Shown piece by piece: positions 1 through 9,751 of a stretch of 20,000 nt of DNA (position 1 is its first letter; the number at the start of each line of letters is the position of its first letter). Source of the DNA: Chiloscyllium plagiosum (lineage: Eukaryota); assembly GCF_004010195.1 (NCBI RefSeq), contig NC_057719.1, positions 94,727,287 through 94,747,286 on the forward strand. The letters are read 5' to 3'. The notes below the pieces were generated by a model. It was not told the DNA's origin, did not search any database, and was given only the letters and a program-made list of their open reading frames with translations. The position numbers and the translations under genes were made by a program.

Positions 1-947
1 ATAGAATAATTCAGCATCAGATGTTTACAGCTTAGATAGAGTTTTAAAAAGGTAATTCATAAATGGCAGAATTGCGGCTGGAATTACTGTTGCACGTGTG
101 TCAGACTTAGTACAGTCCAACAAAAGCTTGACTTTGAAACAAGCTATTCAGATTGTGATAGAAGCAAGAGAGAAATCCTGAGAAAAGAAAAACAACCTTA
201 TCACAGAAGAGTTCACAGGAAATTGGGCTGTATAAGATAATGGTTCTGAAAGGGTTAATGTTAGAGGCTGCATTAAATTCCATCCAATATTATAATGCCA
301 AAAGAAACTTGGATAGAAAAACAGCAGATCAGCTCCGGATCATGCACATTGAATTCATGTCTGAGTAACAATGCCTAAAATACTAATGAAATTTGTACCA
401 GATTGTTATTAGGAAATAAACAACATCTTGTTTGGGAGAATTAGGACTCACTTGTTGGCAACAAATTGCCCCAAACACAAAATGGTAATAACTGGCATCA
501 CAACACACACATCTCACACAGCATGGAAAAAGTCCCAGGCTGCTGGTCATGAAAGTTGAGGTTACTTTTATTTATTCATTCCCATGCATTAGACAGGAGG
601 AATATAGGCTCCCCTCTTAATTACAAGCAAAGTGGATAATATTCCATCTTACTCAGCTTAATAAACAATGCCCATCCACTTCTTACCCAAATAAAGCATG
701 TCGGCAGCCTTAAATTTTTCCCACTGTAATTTAGTGATGCATCAGCCATTTTTATCACAGCCTCGGTAATCTTCTTATTAATTTCTTCTGTTGGATGCTA
801 CAGGATGAATCTTTTTTTTTTGGCTAATTGTGAGTTTGAGTATGTTTGAGGTAGATTTATGTCAGGTTTTGGAACGTTATCCCCAAACAAGTCTGTATCA
901 TGTCAGAATGGTTGGAGTTTAAAGAAGTCTTCAACATTAATCCATTC

Positions 948-1171
948 ATGGGAAAAAGTGAGGACTGCAGATGCTGGAGATCAGAGTTGAGAGTGTGTTG
1001 TTGGGAAAGCACAGCAGGTCAGGCAGCATCCGAGGAGCAGTAGAATCGACGCTTCAGGCATAAGCCCTTCATCATGTATGGATGAACTGATGAAGGGCTT
1101 ATGCCTGAAGCGTCGATTCTCCTGCTCCTCGGACGCTGCCTGACCTGCTGTGCTTTCCCAACAACACAAGC
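948..1171. mobile_element. Short fold-back element made of two inverted copies of a Penelope-like terminal repeat (type A)
   Basis: Arms 994-1074 and 1088-1168 are reverse complements (81 bp, 2 mismatches) around a 13-nt loop. Each arm has a TGATGAAGGGCTTATGCCTGAAGCGTC hammerhead-like core. The element is flanked by a 17-bp imperfect direct repeat, 931-947 (tcaacattaatccattc) and 1172-1188 (tcgacattaacccattc). The same repeat recurs at 9277, 9473 and 16997. Confidence 0.8.
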
Positions 1172-1864
1172 TCGACATTAACCCATTCGTAACAATTATT
1201 TGATATGAGAGAGTTATCAAGAAGTGGTTGTACCTTGCTTTACAATGGTAAGTGTCAGTTATTTAGTCCAATCACTTTGTCAGGAAGAGCTCTGTTATGT
1301 AACATTATATTGTGTTGTGATTCTGCAGATAAAGTGTCTTCTGTTTAGTAACTTTTGCATAATGTGAAATTCTTGATGCTGTGTTATTCGCTGTCTCCAC
1401 TTTATAGAAATTCTCATAGATGTGTAGCGTGTAGAAAGTATCTGTTTCTCAACAACATTTCTTTGGAAAGTTATATAACACAGCCAAAAAGATATATTCT
1501 TAGAATCCACAGGAGTCATTACCAAGGTCAGTGTCACCCTGGAATCCATAAATAAAATGATTTGCCAAGAGTTCAGAATTCTCTGGCACTCAGATTATTC
1601 AAAATAATTGACAAAGGATTTTATTCATGCAAGTTTACCGTTTTTCATATTAACATACATTCTAGAACTCTGAACTAATTTCAAAACAGAGAAGCAGAAA
1701 GAATTTTAGATGACGTAATTAAATATGCAATAAACCCACAGTAACAGAATCCCAGTAAAATTGTTTGAAAGATGTTACAGAAATATTAAATTTAGAAACA
1801 TATAAAGCTGACAACTCCCTTTCAGAAATTCGCATCATAGTATTGAATGTAGGCAAAGAGAAAA

Positions 1865-2602
1865 GTCATTAAGACCTTAAGATGTAGGAGCAGAAGTAGG
1901 TCATTTTACCTAACCAGTCTGCTCCACCATTTGATGAGATCATGGTTGATTTAATAATTCTCAAATCCAGTTTCCTACGTTTTCCCCAAAACCCTTGATT
2001 CCCTTAAGATTAACAATCTGTCTATCTCTTGAATATACTGAATGACCTAGCCACTGTGGTAAATAATTCTAGCAACTTATTTTATCCACTGAGAGAAGAA
2101 TTTTGTTTTCTCATCTCTTCCTCACTAGGGAATGCTTTATTCGGAGATTATTTCCTTTGGTTTTAGACTCTTCCAAAAAAGGGAAACAGTCTGTCAGCAT
2201 CTAAAACCCTATCAAGCTTCCTAAGAATCTCATATATTTCAATGAGGTTTCTTCTTAATCTTCTAAACTCCAACGAGTACAAGCTCGACCTACTCAATCT
2301 TTGTTCATAAGGAATTCTGTCTATACCCACATTCAACCTTCTCTGTATTTCCCCGAATATCTGTATACCTTTCCTTCGATAAGGGATAAAAACATATTCA
2401 CAGTATTTCAGATGTTGTCTAATAGTGATTTGTTTTTTGGTTTTATTAAAGGTTACCTACATATCTACTCTATTCCCTGTGAAATAAAAGCCAATATTAA
2501 ATATGCTTTTCTATTGCCTGATGAACTTGAATGTTAGCTTTTTATGATTTACACATGAGAACTCCCAAATTCCTCTGTGCAGTCTTTCTCCAATTAAGTA
2601 AC
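1865..2602 (-). mobile_element. Old CR1-type LINE, 3' end (late ORF2 and 3' UTR)
   Basis: The minus strand reads as decayed late-ORF2 sequence (LIGERL..QRNLGVL-like near 2560-2600). It ends in a CR1-type 3' terminus, seen on + as aagatgtaggagcagaagtaggtcatt. Boundaries are approximate. Confidence 0.7.
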
Positions 2603-3200
2603 TGTCCAACAATAGCTCAAGTGTGGCCCATCCCACTGGAACAGTTCCATTTTACCACAGAACTGCTGGACATGCACATGGACAGCAGTGAATTGAGGGG
2701 TGCGTAGGTGAGGTTATTTTATTTTAGATAAGGAATAAACATTGTGGGCCGAAGGGTCTGTTCTGTGCTCTACTTTTCTATGTTATATATTCTATGTTCT
2801 AACTGGTGCCAGTGTCCCATAAACTGAAATTCATTCCACCCAAACCAATCATTGAAACACAACTTTACTCCCCTAACTTTAATTACTCCATGTCAGTTTG
2901 CTGCTCAGGACTCAGGTCGTAATCCAAAGATTATTACCATGGAGGTTCAGCTTTTTAAAATTTCTAATTAACTGTTCAAATTCTTTGAACAGACTCTCTT
3001 CTCTAGAACTATCAATGGCATTGGTACCAAGGGGAACGATGGTAATTGGATCTCTCCCCTTCCTCTCCAACTCTGAAAAGGTATCTTTAACCCTGCCAGC
3101 AGACCTTTCAGCCTTTTGAACTCACACTCATGATGGTAGAGAACAGTACCGTCCCTCTAGTTATATGTCAGTTCATGCATCCTCCATGCAATCCCTGCTC
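2603..3200 (-). mobile_element. CR1 ORF1 SGNH-esterase-like region, degenerate, interrupted at 2666-2800
   Basis: Minus-strand translation gives RVKDTFSELERKGRDPITIVPLGTNAIDSSREESLFKEFEQL...VIIFGLRPE...FQFMGHWHQF, continuing across the insert to WDGPHL. This matches the HxGTND and DGLH blocks of CR1 ORF1 esterases. Confidence 0.7.
2666..2800 (+). mobile_element. Heavily 5'-truncated CR1 3' tail
   Basis: Contains gtgggccgaagggtctgttctgtgctctac and a (ttctatg)-like repeat tail. It is flanked by AACTG at 2661-2665 and 2801-2805, a putative TSD. Confidence 0.75.
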
Positions 3201-3299
3201 TCATCCAAATTCTCAAAACAGTTTAAGAGAAACTGCTGTCTTTGTTCTCTCTCTTTCTCTCTCTCTAGAAATTGGCACTCATATCCCATTGCAACAGGT

Positions 3300-3756
3300 G
3301 GAGGAATAGATCATCAAGGAACCAAGAATTTGCAGACACAGTGACCAGTGTCCCAGAGCATAGTGGGGATAGCTATGGTAGCTAGGCCTAGAGAAGTGGG
3401 AGCACAGCAGCCTGGCGCAGAGGGAGAATGGCGATCAGTGGGCCCAGAGCAAAGGTGGTTACTGGCTGGGGACTGGTGGAGCCAGGACAGGCCATGTGGA
3501 AGCCCTTATAGAAAGACTGTAATGTCTATCTTTTTAGCTTTATTTCTTATTTTCCGAACTTTTATTTATATCATGGTTATTTGTAATGTGTAACTTTTTC
3601 TCTTGATTTTCTCTTTTTTTTTGTACCTAAGGTATGTACATGGGTACTTTGTACTCTCTATGACTACGGATTGGCAACATTGTATACTTTTCACAGCACC
3701 CCTGTTTTTTTGCAACTTGAGTACACTTGACAATAAACCTAACTCTAATTCTAATC
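3300..3756 (+). mobile_element. Probable non-autonomous retroposon inserted into the CR1 ORF1
   Basis: GC-rich head and T-rich body, ending tacttttcacagcac...gtacacttgacaataaa plus a (ctaa/ctaatt)-like tail that resembles fish Rex1/L2-type 3' ends. It separates the two parts of the minus-strand ORF1. Family and 5' boundary are uncertain. Confidence 0.45.
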
Positions 3757-4030
3757 AGAGAGGCCAAGCCGTCTGGACAATTCCACATGGGTTCTCATTC
3801 TTACAAGACTTGCATTCGTCGTCACCTTTCCCTGATCTGACCGCCTCTTGAAGCAAAGTGTCCAGATAACTTAACCACTCCCTGATGAAGGGCAATATCT
3901 GTAGCTTAGCTTCAAGCTCCTCAACTCAGATCTGAAGTTCCTTGAGATATAAACATTTGGAAGAGACGTGTTTATTTTATATCTATTTGGTGTCCAGCAG
4001 TTCTCACATGCTGCTGCAGCAACACATCAC
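3757..4030 (-). mobile_element. CR1 ORF1 N-terminal zinc-finger/leucine-zipper region, degenerate
   Basis: The minus strand reads MCCCSSM*ELLD...HVSSKCLYLKELQI*VEELEAKLQILPFIREWLSYLDTLLQEAVR, the Cys cluster plus coiled coil typical of a CR1 ORF1 start. Confidence 0.65.
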
Positions 4031-4132
4031 CATCACTATAATAATTTATTTAATTCATTAATTGCTTGAGAATCTCTGCCTTCAATGTTTTTTCTAAAAA
4101 AAAGAGGGTCAATTTTATACTCAAGTTTTCTT

Positions 4133-6092
4133 TGGTAGAATTTGCAGTGGGGGCTTTCTTCGGGAATAGTGACCAAAATTCTGTAAGTTTTAGAATACAC
4201 ATGGACAAAGATAAGAGTGGTCCTAAGGGAAGAGTACTAAACTGGGCCAAGGCTAATGATATCAAAATTCAGTAGGAGCTGGGAAATGTCAATTGGGAGC
4301 AATTATTTGAAGGGAAGTCCATATGTGGGAGGCTTTCAAAAATAGGTTGAAGATAGGGCAGGATAGCCATGTCCCTTTGAAGATAAGGGATAGGAAAGGC
4401 AAGATTCGTAAACTGTGGATGACAGGAGAAATCATGCAACTAGCCAAAAGAAAAAGGGAAGCCTACATAACATCCAGGTAGCTAAGAACAGAACGGGCCT
4501 TGGATGAATTTTGGGACCAATCTTAAACAAGGAATCAAACATGCTAATAGGGTCATGAAATAACTTTAGTGAGCAGGATTAAGGAGAATCCCAAGGCCTT
4601 TTATTCATATATAAGAAGCAAGAGGGTAATTAGAGAAAGGATTGGATGACTAAAGGATAAGGAAGGAAGGTTGTGTGTCAAACCTGAGAAAATGAGTGAG
4701 ATTTTTAATGATTACTTTGCATCAGTGTTCATTGAGGAGAGGGACATGATGAATGTTGAGATTAGAGATAGACGTTTGTTTATTCTGGATCATGTTGACA
4801 TAAGGAGGAGGTTGTGTTAAGTAGGCTAAAGGATATTAAGGTGGACAAATCTCCAGGACCGTTTGGGATCTATCCCAGGTTGCTGAGGGGGGCGAGAGAG
4901 GAAATAGCTGGGGACCTGACAGATATCTTTGTAGCATCCTTAAACACAGGTGAGGTGCCAGAAGACTGGAGAGTTACGAATGTTGTCCCCCTGTACAAGA
5001 AGGGTAGTAGGGATATTCCGGGTAACTAGAGACCAGTGAGCCTGACGTCAGTTATGCGAAAGTTGCTAGAGAAGGCACTGAGGGATAGCATCTATTTATA
5101 TTTGGAAAAGAATGGGCATATCAGTGATAACCAACATGGTTTTGTGCGGGGGGGAGATCATGCCTTACCAATTTAATAGAGTTCTTTGAGGAAGTGAGCA
5201 AGTTGATAGGTGAAGGAAGGGCTGCTGATGTTACATACATGGACTTTAGTAAGGCATTTGACAAAGTCCCCCATGGTAAACTAATGGGGGAAGTGGAGTT
5301 ACATGGTGTGCAGGATGTTCTAGCTAGGTGGATAAAGAACTGGTTGAGTAACAGGAAACAAAGAGTGGTAGTTGAAGGCAGTTTCTCAAAATGGAGAAAG
5401 GTGACCAGTGGTGTTCCACAGGGGTCAGTGCTGGGGCCACTGTTGTTCGTGATATGCATAAATAACCTGGAAGAGAGCATTGGTGGTCTGATCAGTAAGT
5501 TTGAGATGACACGAAGTTTGGTGGAGTAAAAGAAAGCATGGGAGACTGTCAAAGAATACAGGAGAATATAGATAGATTGGAGAGTTGGGTGGAAAAGTGC
5601 CAGATGGAGTTCAATCCTGGCAAATGTGAAGTGATGCATTTTGGGAAGTCTAATTCTAGAATGAAGTATACTGTAAATGGAAGAGTCTTGGGAAAAGTTG
5701 ATGAGCAGAGAGATCTGGGAGAGCAGGTCCATTGTACCCTGAAGGTGGCTGCACAGGTGGATAGAGTGGTCAAGAAGGCATATGGTATGCTTGCCTTCAT
5801 CGGACGGGGTATTGAGTATAAGAGCTGGCAGGTCATGTTAAAATTGTACAAGACATTGGTTTGGCCGAATTTAGAATACTGCATACAGTTCTGGTTGCCA
5901 CATTACCAAAAGGATGTGGACGCTTTGGAGAGGGTGCAGAGAAGGTTTACTAGGATGTTGTCTGGTATGGAAAGTGCTAGCTATGAAGAGAGGTTGAGTA
6001 GGTTAGGATTGTTTTCATTAGAAAAAAGGAGATTGAGGGGGGAACTTGATCGAAGTCTATAAAATCATGAACAGTATAGACAGAGTGGATAG
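4133..6092 (+). mobile_element. CR1 LINE ORF2 (end of APE endonuclease and reverse transcriptase), 5'-truncated, frameshifted, 3' end missing
   Basis: Motifs GNSDQNSVSF (APE SDH-like), KSPGPFGIYPRLL, VPEDWRVTNVVPLYKKG, YMDFSKAFDKVPH, SGVPQGSVLGPLLF, LEYCIQFWLPHYQKDVDALERVQRRFTRML. Confidence 0.95.
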
Positions 6093-7100
6093 AACATAGA
6101 AAGTAAGGAGGCATGGGCTACAGGTAAATTTAACTGTGTAGATACAGAATTGGCTGGCCCATGGAAGACAGAGAGTGGTAGTAGATGGAATGCATTCAGC
6201 CTGGAGCTCGGTGACCCAGTAGTGTTCCCAGGGATCTGTTCTGGGACCTCTGCTCTTTGTGATTTTTATAAATGACTTAGATGAGGAAGTGGAAGGGTGG
6301 GTTACTATGTTTGCTGATGACATGAAGGTTGGTGGAGTTATGGATAGTATGGAGGACTGTTGTAGGTTGCAATTGACAGGATGCAAAGCTGGGCTGATAA
6401 GTGACAGATTGAGTTCAACCTGGAAAAGTGCAAAGTGATTCATTTTGGAAGCTTGAATCTGAATGCAGGTTATAGGGTTAAAGTCAGGATTCTTGGTAGT
6501 ATGGAGGAACAGAGGGATCTTGGGGTCCACATCCATAGATCCCTCAAAGTTACCACTCAAGTTGATTAGGTTGTTAAGAAGGCACTAGGTTTGTTGGCTT
6601 TCATTAGCAGTGGGATTGAGTTTAAGAGAAGCGAGGTTATGCTGCAGCTGTAAAAAGTCCTGGTTAGACCACACTTGGAATATTGTGTTCAGTTGTGGTT
6701 GCTTCATTCTCGAAAGGATGTGGAACTTTTAGAGAGGAGATTTACCAGGATGCTGCCTGGACTGGAGGGCATGTCTTATGAAGAAAGGCTGAGGGAGCTA
6801 GGGCTTTTTTCATTGGAGAGAAAAGGATAAAAGGTGACTTGACAGAGGTGTGCATAGTTTTAAGGTGATTGGAGGAAGGTTTAGGGGAGATGTTAGAGGT
6901 TGGTTCTTTACACAGAAAGTGGCGGTTGCATGGAATGCACTGCCAGCGGTGGGAGTAGAGTCAGATACATTAGGGACATTTAAATGACTCTTGGATAGCC
7001 ACATGGATGATAATAAAATGAAAGGTATGTAGATTAGTTCAGGATAAAAGGTCTGCACAACATCGATGGCCTGTACTGTTCCATGTTCTATGTTTTATGT
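6093..7100 (+). mobile_element. Second CR1 LINE (different subfamily), 5'-truncated within RT, with 3' tail
   Basis: Restarts at KVRRHG..IQNWLAHGRQRVVVDG, then cagggatctgttctgggacct (QGSVLGP) and tttgctgatgac (FADD). It ends tgttctatgttttatgt at about 7100. Confidence 0.9.
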
Positions 7101-7174
7101 AACACCAAGACAACAGAGGAGGAGGAATAGCCATTTATGATCATGACAATCTATAAATGGATGAACAAAGATCA

Positions 7175-7610
7175 GAAAGACCTGCGAATGCTGGAAATCA
7201 GAAACATAAACAGAAATTACTGGAAAAACACAGCAGGTCTAGCCACATCTATGGAGAGAAAGCAGAGTTAACATTCATGGGCGGCACGGTGGCACAGTGG
7301 TTAGCACTGCTGCCTCACAGCGCCAGAGACCCGGGTTCAATTCCCGCCTCAGGCGACTGACTGTGTGCACGTTCTCCCCTGTGTCTGCGTGGGTTTCCTC
7401 CGGGTGCTCCGGTTTCCTCCCACAGTCCAAAGATGTGCAGGTCAGGTGAATTGGCCATGCTAAATTGCCCGTAGTGTTAGGTAAGGGGTAATACATAGGG
7501 GTATGGGTGGGTTGCGCTTCGGTGGGTCGGTGTGGACTTGTTGGGCCGAAGGGCCTGTTTCCACACTGTAATGTAATCTAATTTTGGGTCCAGTGACCCT
7601 TCTTCAGAAG
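7175..7610 (-). mobile_element. Penelope-like terminal repeat fragment (type B), split by an HE1 SINE
   Basis: Joining 7582-7610 with 7175-7275 on the minus strand gives ttCTGAAGAaGGGTCactgGACCCaaaaTGTTaactctgctttctctcc...gacctgctgtgtttttccag...tttccagcattcgcagg, parallel to the type A repeat. Confidence 0.7.
7279..7581 (+). mobile_element. tRNA-derived V-SINE (HE1-type), full length
   Basis: Pol III A box TGGCACAGTGG at 7290-7300 and B box GGTTCAATTCC at 7334-7344. V-domain gtgtctgcgtgggtttcctccgggtgctccggtttcctcccacagtccaaag. CR1-like tail gggccgaagggcctgtttccacactgta. Confidence 0.93.
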
Positions 7611-8572
7611 ATGTGACTCAAGTGCATGTTGGCCACAGCTGGAGATCTAAATCAATGAACTGAATTAATTATTGAAAATGGATATTTATTTAAGAATGTT
7701 AAAATAGGTTTTTATAAAAAGATCCTTCTGGACATTTACAAACCCAACCTCCCTCACCTTACCATGTTAGTTTCTACACCAATAAATTTATGAAAATCTA
7801 CAAATGTTGAGATTATTGCAACCTTCTATAGCTTTCAGACTTGTCCATTTCTTCTCCAACCAACACACTCTTATTCAAACGTAATCAATATAGCCTGAGT
7901 TTAATTACATGAAATCGAAACCAAACATTTGTTTTTCAAGTTGTGAATGAAAACAACATAAGAACAATTGTTGATTGAGGAAGTCTGAAAAAGATTGAGC
8001 AAATGATTTAGCTAGTTTATGAAAATGACAGAAAATCAGTGCACGTTGGTCAAAAAAAGACTATCATAATGATAATATTCCTTAAATCAAACTGATCAAA
8101 TTGGCAGATGAAAAGTTAAAAATAATGTGAGAAGAAGATTTATTTGGCCATGAGATTTGGCTTCATATCACAACTGGTACCATCACTATGGAAGCCTGGA
8201 ATTTGCAGACTGACTGAGTAGCATTTAGAGAGAAATAAAGTACTTCCATTTTGAAGGTGTAATCTCCTTGTATTCAAGAGCAGAAGTAAGAGACCTGAGT
8301 TTGGTGACGAGTGGGCTCGGTTGTATAATTAGTTCCTGGGATATTGTCTGTAGTTGATAAGGTTCAAAATGGCAGGGGAACTCAGCCCCATAGAATGCTC
8401 CTCTTGTAATCGGTGGGAAATCAGGGACACTTCCAGTCTCCATTCTGACTACATATGCAGAAATTGTGTTCAGCTGTAGCTCCTGATTTGCCACATTGAC
8501 TGCCTGGATCTGTTGACGGACTCACTACGGAGAATCCACAAGGCTGAGAATGCCATGGCTGGTACATCTAGT

Positions 8573-8762
8573 GATCTGGTCACACTACCAATAAGGGCTA
8601 CACAGGCACAGAAGATTTGGGTGACTACCAGGAAGATTGGTGGGCGGCACGGTGGCACAGTGGTTAGCACTGCTGCCTCACAGCGCCAGAGACCCGGATC
8701 TGGTCACACTACCAATAAGGGCTACACAGGCACAGAAGATTTGGGTGACTACCAGGAAGATT
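8573..8762 (+). repeat. Perfect 66-bp direct repeat (8573-8638 and 8697-8762) bracketing a SINE head
   Basis: gatctggtcacactaccaataagggctacacaggcacagaagatttgggtgactaccaggaagatt occurs twice with no mismatch. Confidence 0.97.
8642..8697 (+). mobile_element. 5' head only of an HE1-type SINE (3'-truncated at the B box)
   Basis: 56 bp identical to 7279-7334. It includes the A box and stops at the start of the B box. Confidence 0.93.
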
Positions 8763-8801
8763 TGTAAGCCTGAGCAGGCAGTGCTGGAGCCCCTGTGACT
8801 A

Positions 8802-9160
8802 TGGATGTAGGTTTGCCTACTGAAGGTTCATTTCCAGACATTTCATCACCCTGCTAGGTAACATCTTCAGTGGGCCTCCAAGCGATGTTGATAATTCCTG
8901 CTTTCTATTTATATGTTTGGGTTTCTTTGGGTCGGTGATGTCATTTCCTGTGGTGAGGTCATTTCTTGTTCTTTTTCTCAGGGGCTGGAAGATGGGGTCT
9001 AACTCAATGTGTTTGTTGATAGAGTGGAATTCTCGTGCGTGTCTCTGTTTCTAGAATTCCTTGTAGGGTGATGAAACGTCTGGAAATGAACCTTCCAGCT
9101 CAGCGAGCAAACCTACATCCAGAACCTAACCTGAGCTGCAAATCTTCTCAAAACTCGCTA
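8802..9160. mobile_element. Penelope-like fragment (type C) with inverted terminal-repeat structure
   Basis: Minus strand 9060-8802 encodes a C-terminal ORF remnant (SINKHIELDPIFQPLRKRTRND) followed by a hammerhead core. The + strand 9064-9160 repeats the same terminus inverted (agggtgatgaaacgtctggaaatgaaccttc...aaacctacatcca). Imperfect TSD: agcccctgtgactat (8788-8802) and agacccctctgaccat (9161-9176). Confidence 0.85.
8834..8873 (-). ncRNA. Minimal hammerhead ribozyme motif (PLE-associated)
   Basis: cca-CTGAAGA-T-GTTACC-tagcag-GGTGAT-GAAA-T-GTC-tgg. Both catalytic boxes, stem II, a short stem I and a GUC triplet are present. Activity is untested. Confidence 0.65.
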
Positions 9161-9276
9161 AGACCCCTCTGACCATTCCTCTCTCAAACAGAGATACTGT
9201 TCTGGACACTGTTGGGGGGATGGCTCTCAGGAGAAAGCAGCCACAGCTAGATCTGCACCATGATTGCTCAGCCTTG

Positions 9277-9378
9277 CTGATGAAGAGCTTATGCCCGAAA
9301 TATTGATTCGCCTGCTCCTTGATGCTGCCTGCTCCTTGGATGCTGCCTGACCTGCTGTGCTTTTCCAGAACCACTCTA
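9277..9378 (+). mobile_element. Penelope-like terminal repeat fragment (type A)
   Basis: ctgatgaagagcttatgcccgaaatattgattcgcctgctcc...gctgcctgacctgctgtgcttttccagaaccactct, with an internal 17/18-bp tandem duplication at 9311-9345. Confidence 0.8.
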
Positions 9379-9472
9379 TATTCTTGTGAATGATATTGGC
9401 AGGAAGAGAGATGAGGTCCTGCAAAGGGATTGCAGGGTGTTAGGTAGGAAGATGAAAAGCAGGACCTGTAGG

Positions 9473-9751
9473 TGGAATTGGATACTGCAGATGCTGGAGA
9501 CCAGAGTCAAGGTTAGAGTGGTGCTAGAAAAGCACAGCAGGTCAGGCAACATCTAAGGAGCAGGAGAATTGATGTTTCGGGCAAAAGCCCTTCATCAGGG
9601 TGGAGAGGTAAATGAGCAAGGGTGTGAGGTTGGGGGAAGGTCGCGGAGGGTGGAGTGGATAGGTGGGAAGGAAGATTGACAGGTGGGACAGGTCATAAGG
9701 ACGTTGCTGAACTGAAAGGTTCCAAACGAAACGTCGATCTTCCTACTCCTC
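9473..9751 (-). mobile_element. Penelope-like 3' fragment (type A) with short inverted terminal piece
   Basis: Terminal repeat at 9481-9598 followed by a purine-rich (+) stretch. An inverted remnant cgaaacgtcgatcttcctactcctc lies at 9727-9751. TAGG flanks both sides and the host CR1 ORF1 resumes afterwards. Confidence 0.8.
9571..9598 (-). ncRNA. Minimal hammerhead ribozyme core (PLE-associated)
   Basis: CTGATGA-A-GGGC-tttt-GCCC-GAAA-C-ATC. Both boxes and a perfect 4-bp stem II are intact. Stem I is not obviously preserved. Confidence 0.6.

Noticed and set aside
452..491. 40-bp minus-strand micro-exon (cag...caa|gtgagt)
   Set aside because: The splice-like motifs have no other support, and it lies beyond the putative poly(A) signal.
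3881..3893. cctgatgaagggc, resembling the type A hammerhead start
   Set aside because: There is no stem II partner or GAAA box, and it is explained as antisense of CR1 ORF1 codons (LPFIRE).
5121..6560. Long minus-strand ORFs (203, 111 and 167 aa)
   Set aside because: These are antisense shadows of CR1 ORF2 with no independent motifs.
7279..7350. tRNA gene
   Set aside because: The A and B boxes belong to the tRNA-derived SINE head, which continues into the SINE body.
7275..7496. ORFs in SINEs (also 13925-14221 and 14028-14210)
   Set aside because: They are chance translations of HE1 SINE sequence.
8573..8762. CRISPR-like repeat-spacer-repeat
   Set aside because: The context is eukaryotic, there are only two units, the repeat is CR1 ORF1 sequence and the spacer is a SINE head.
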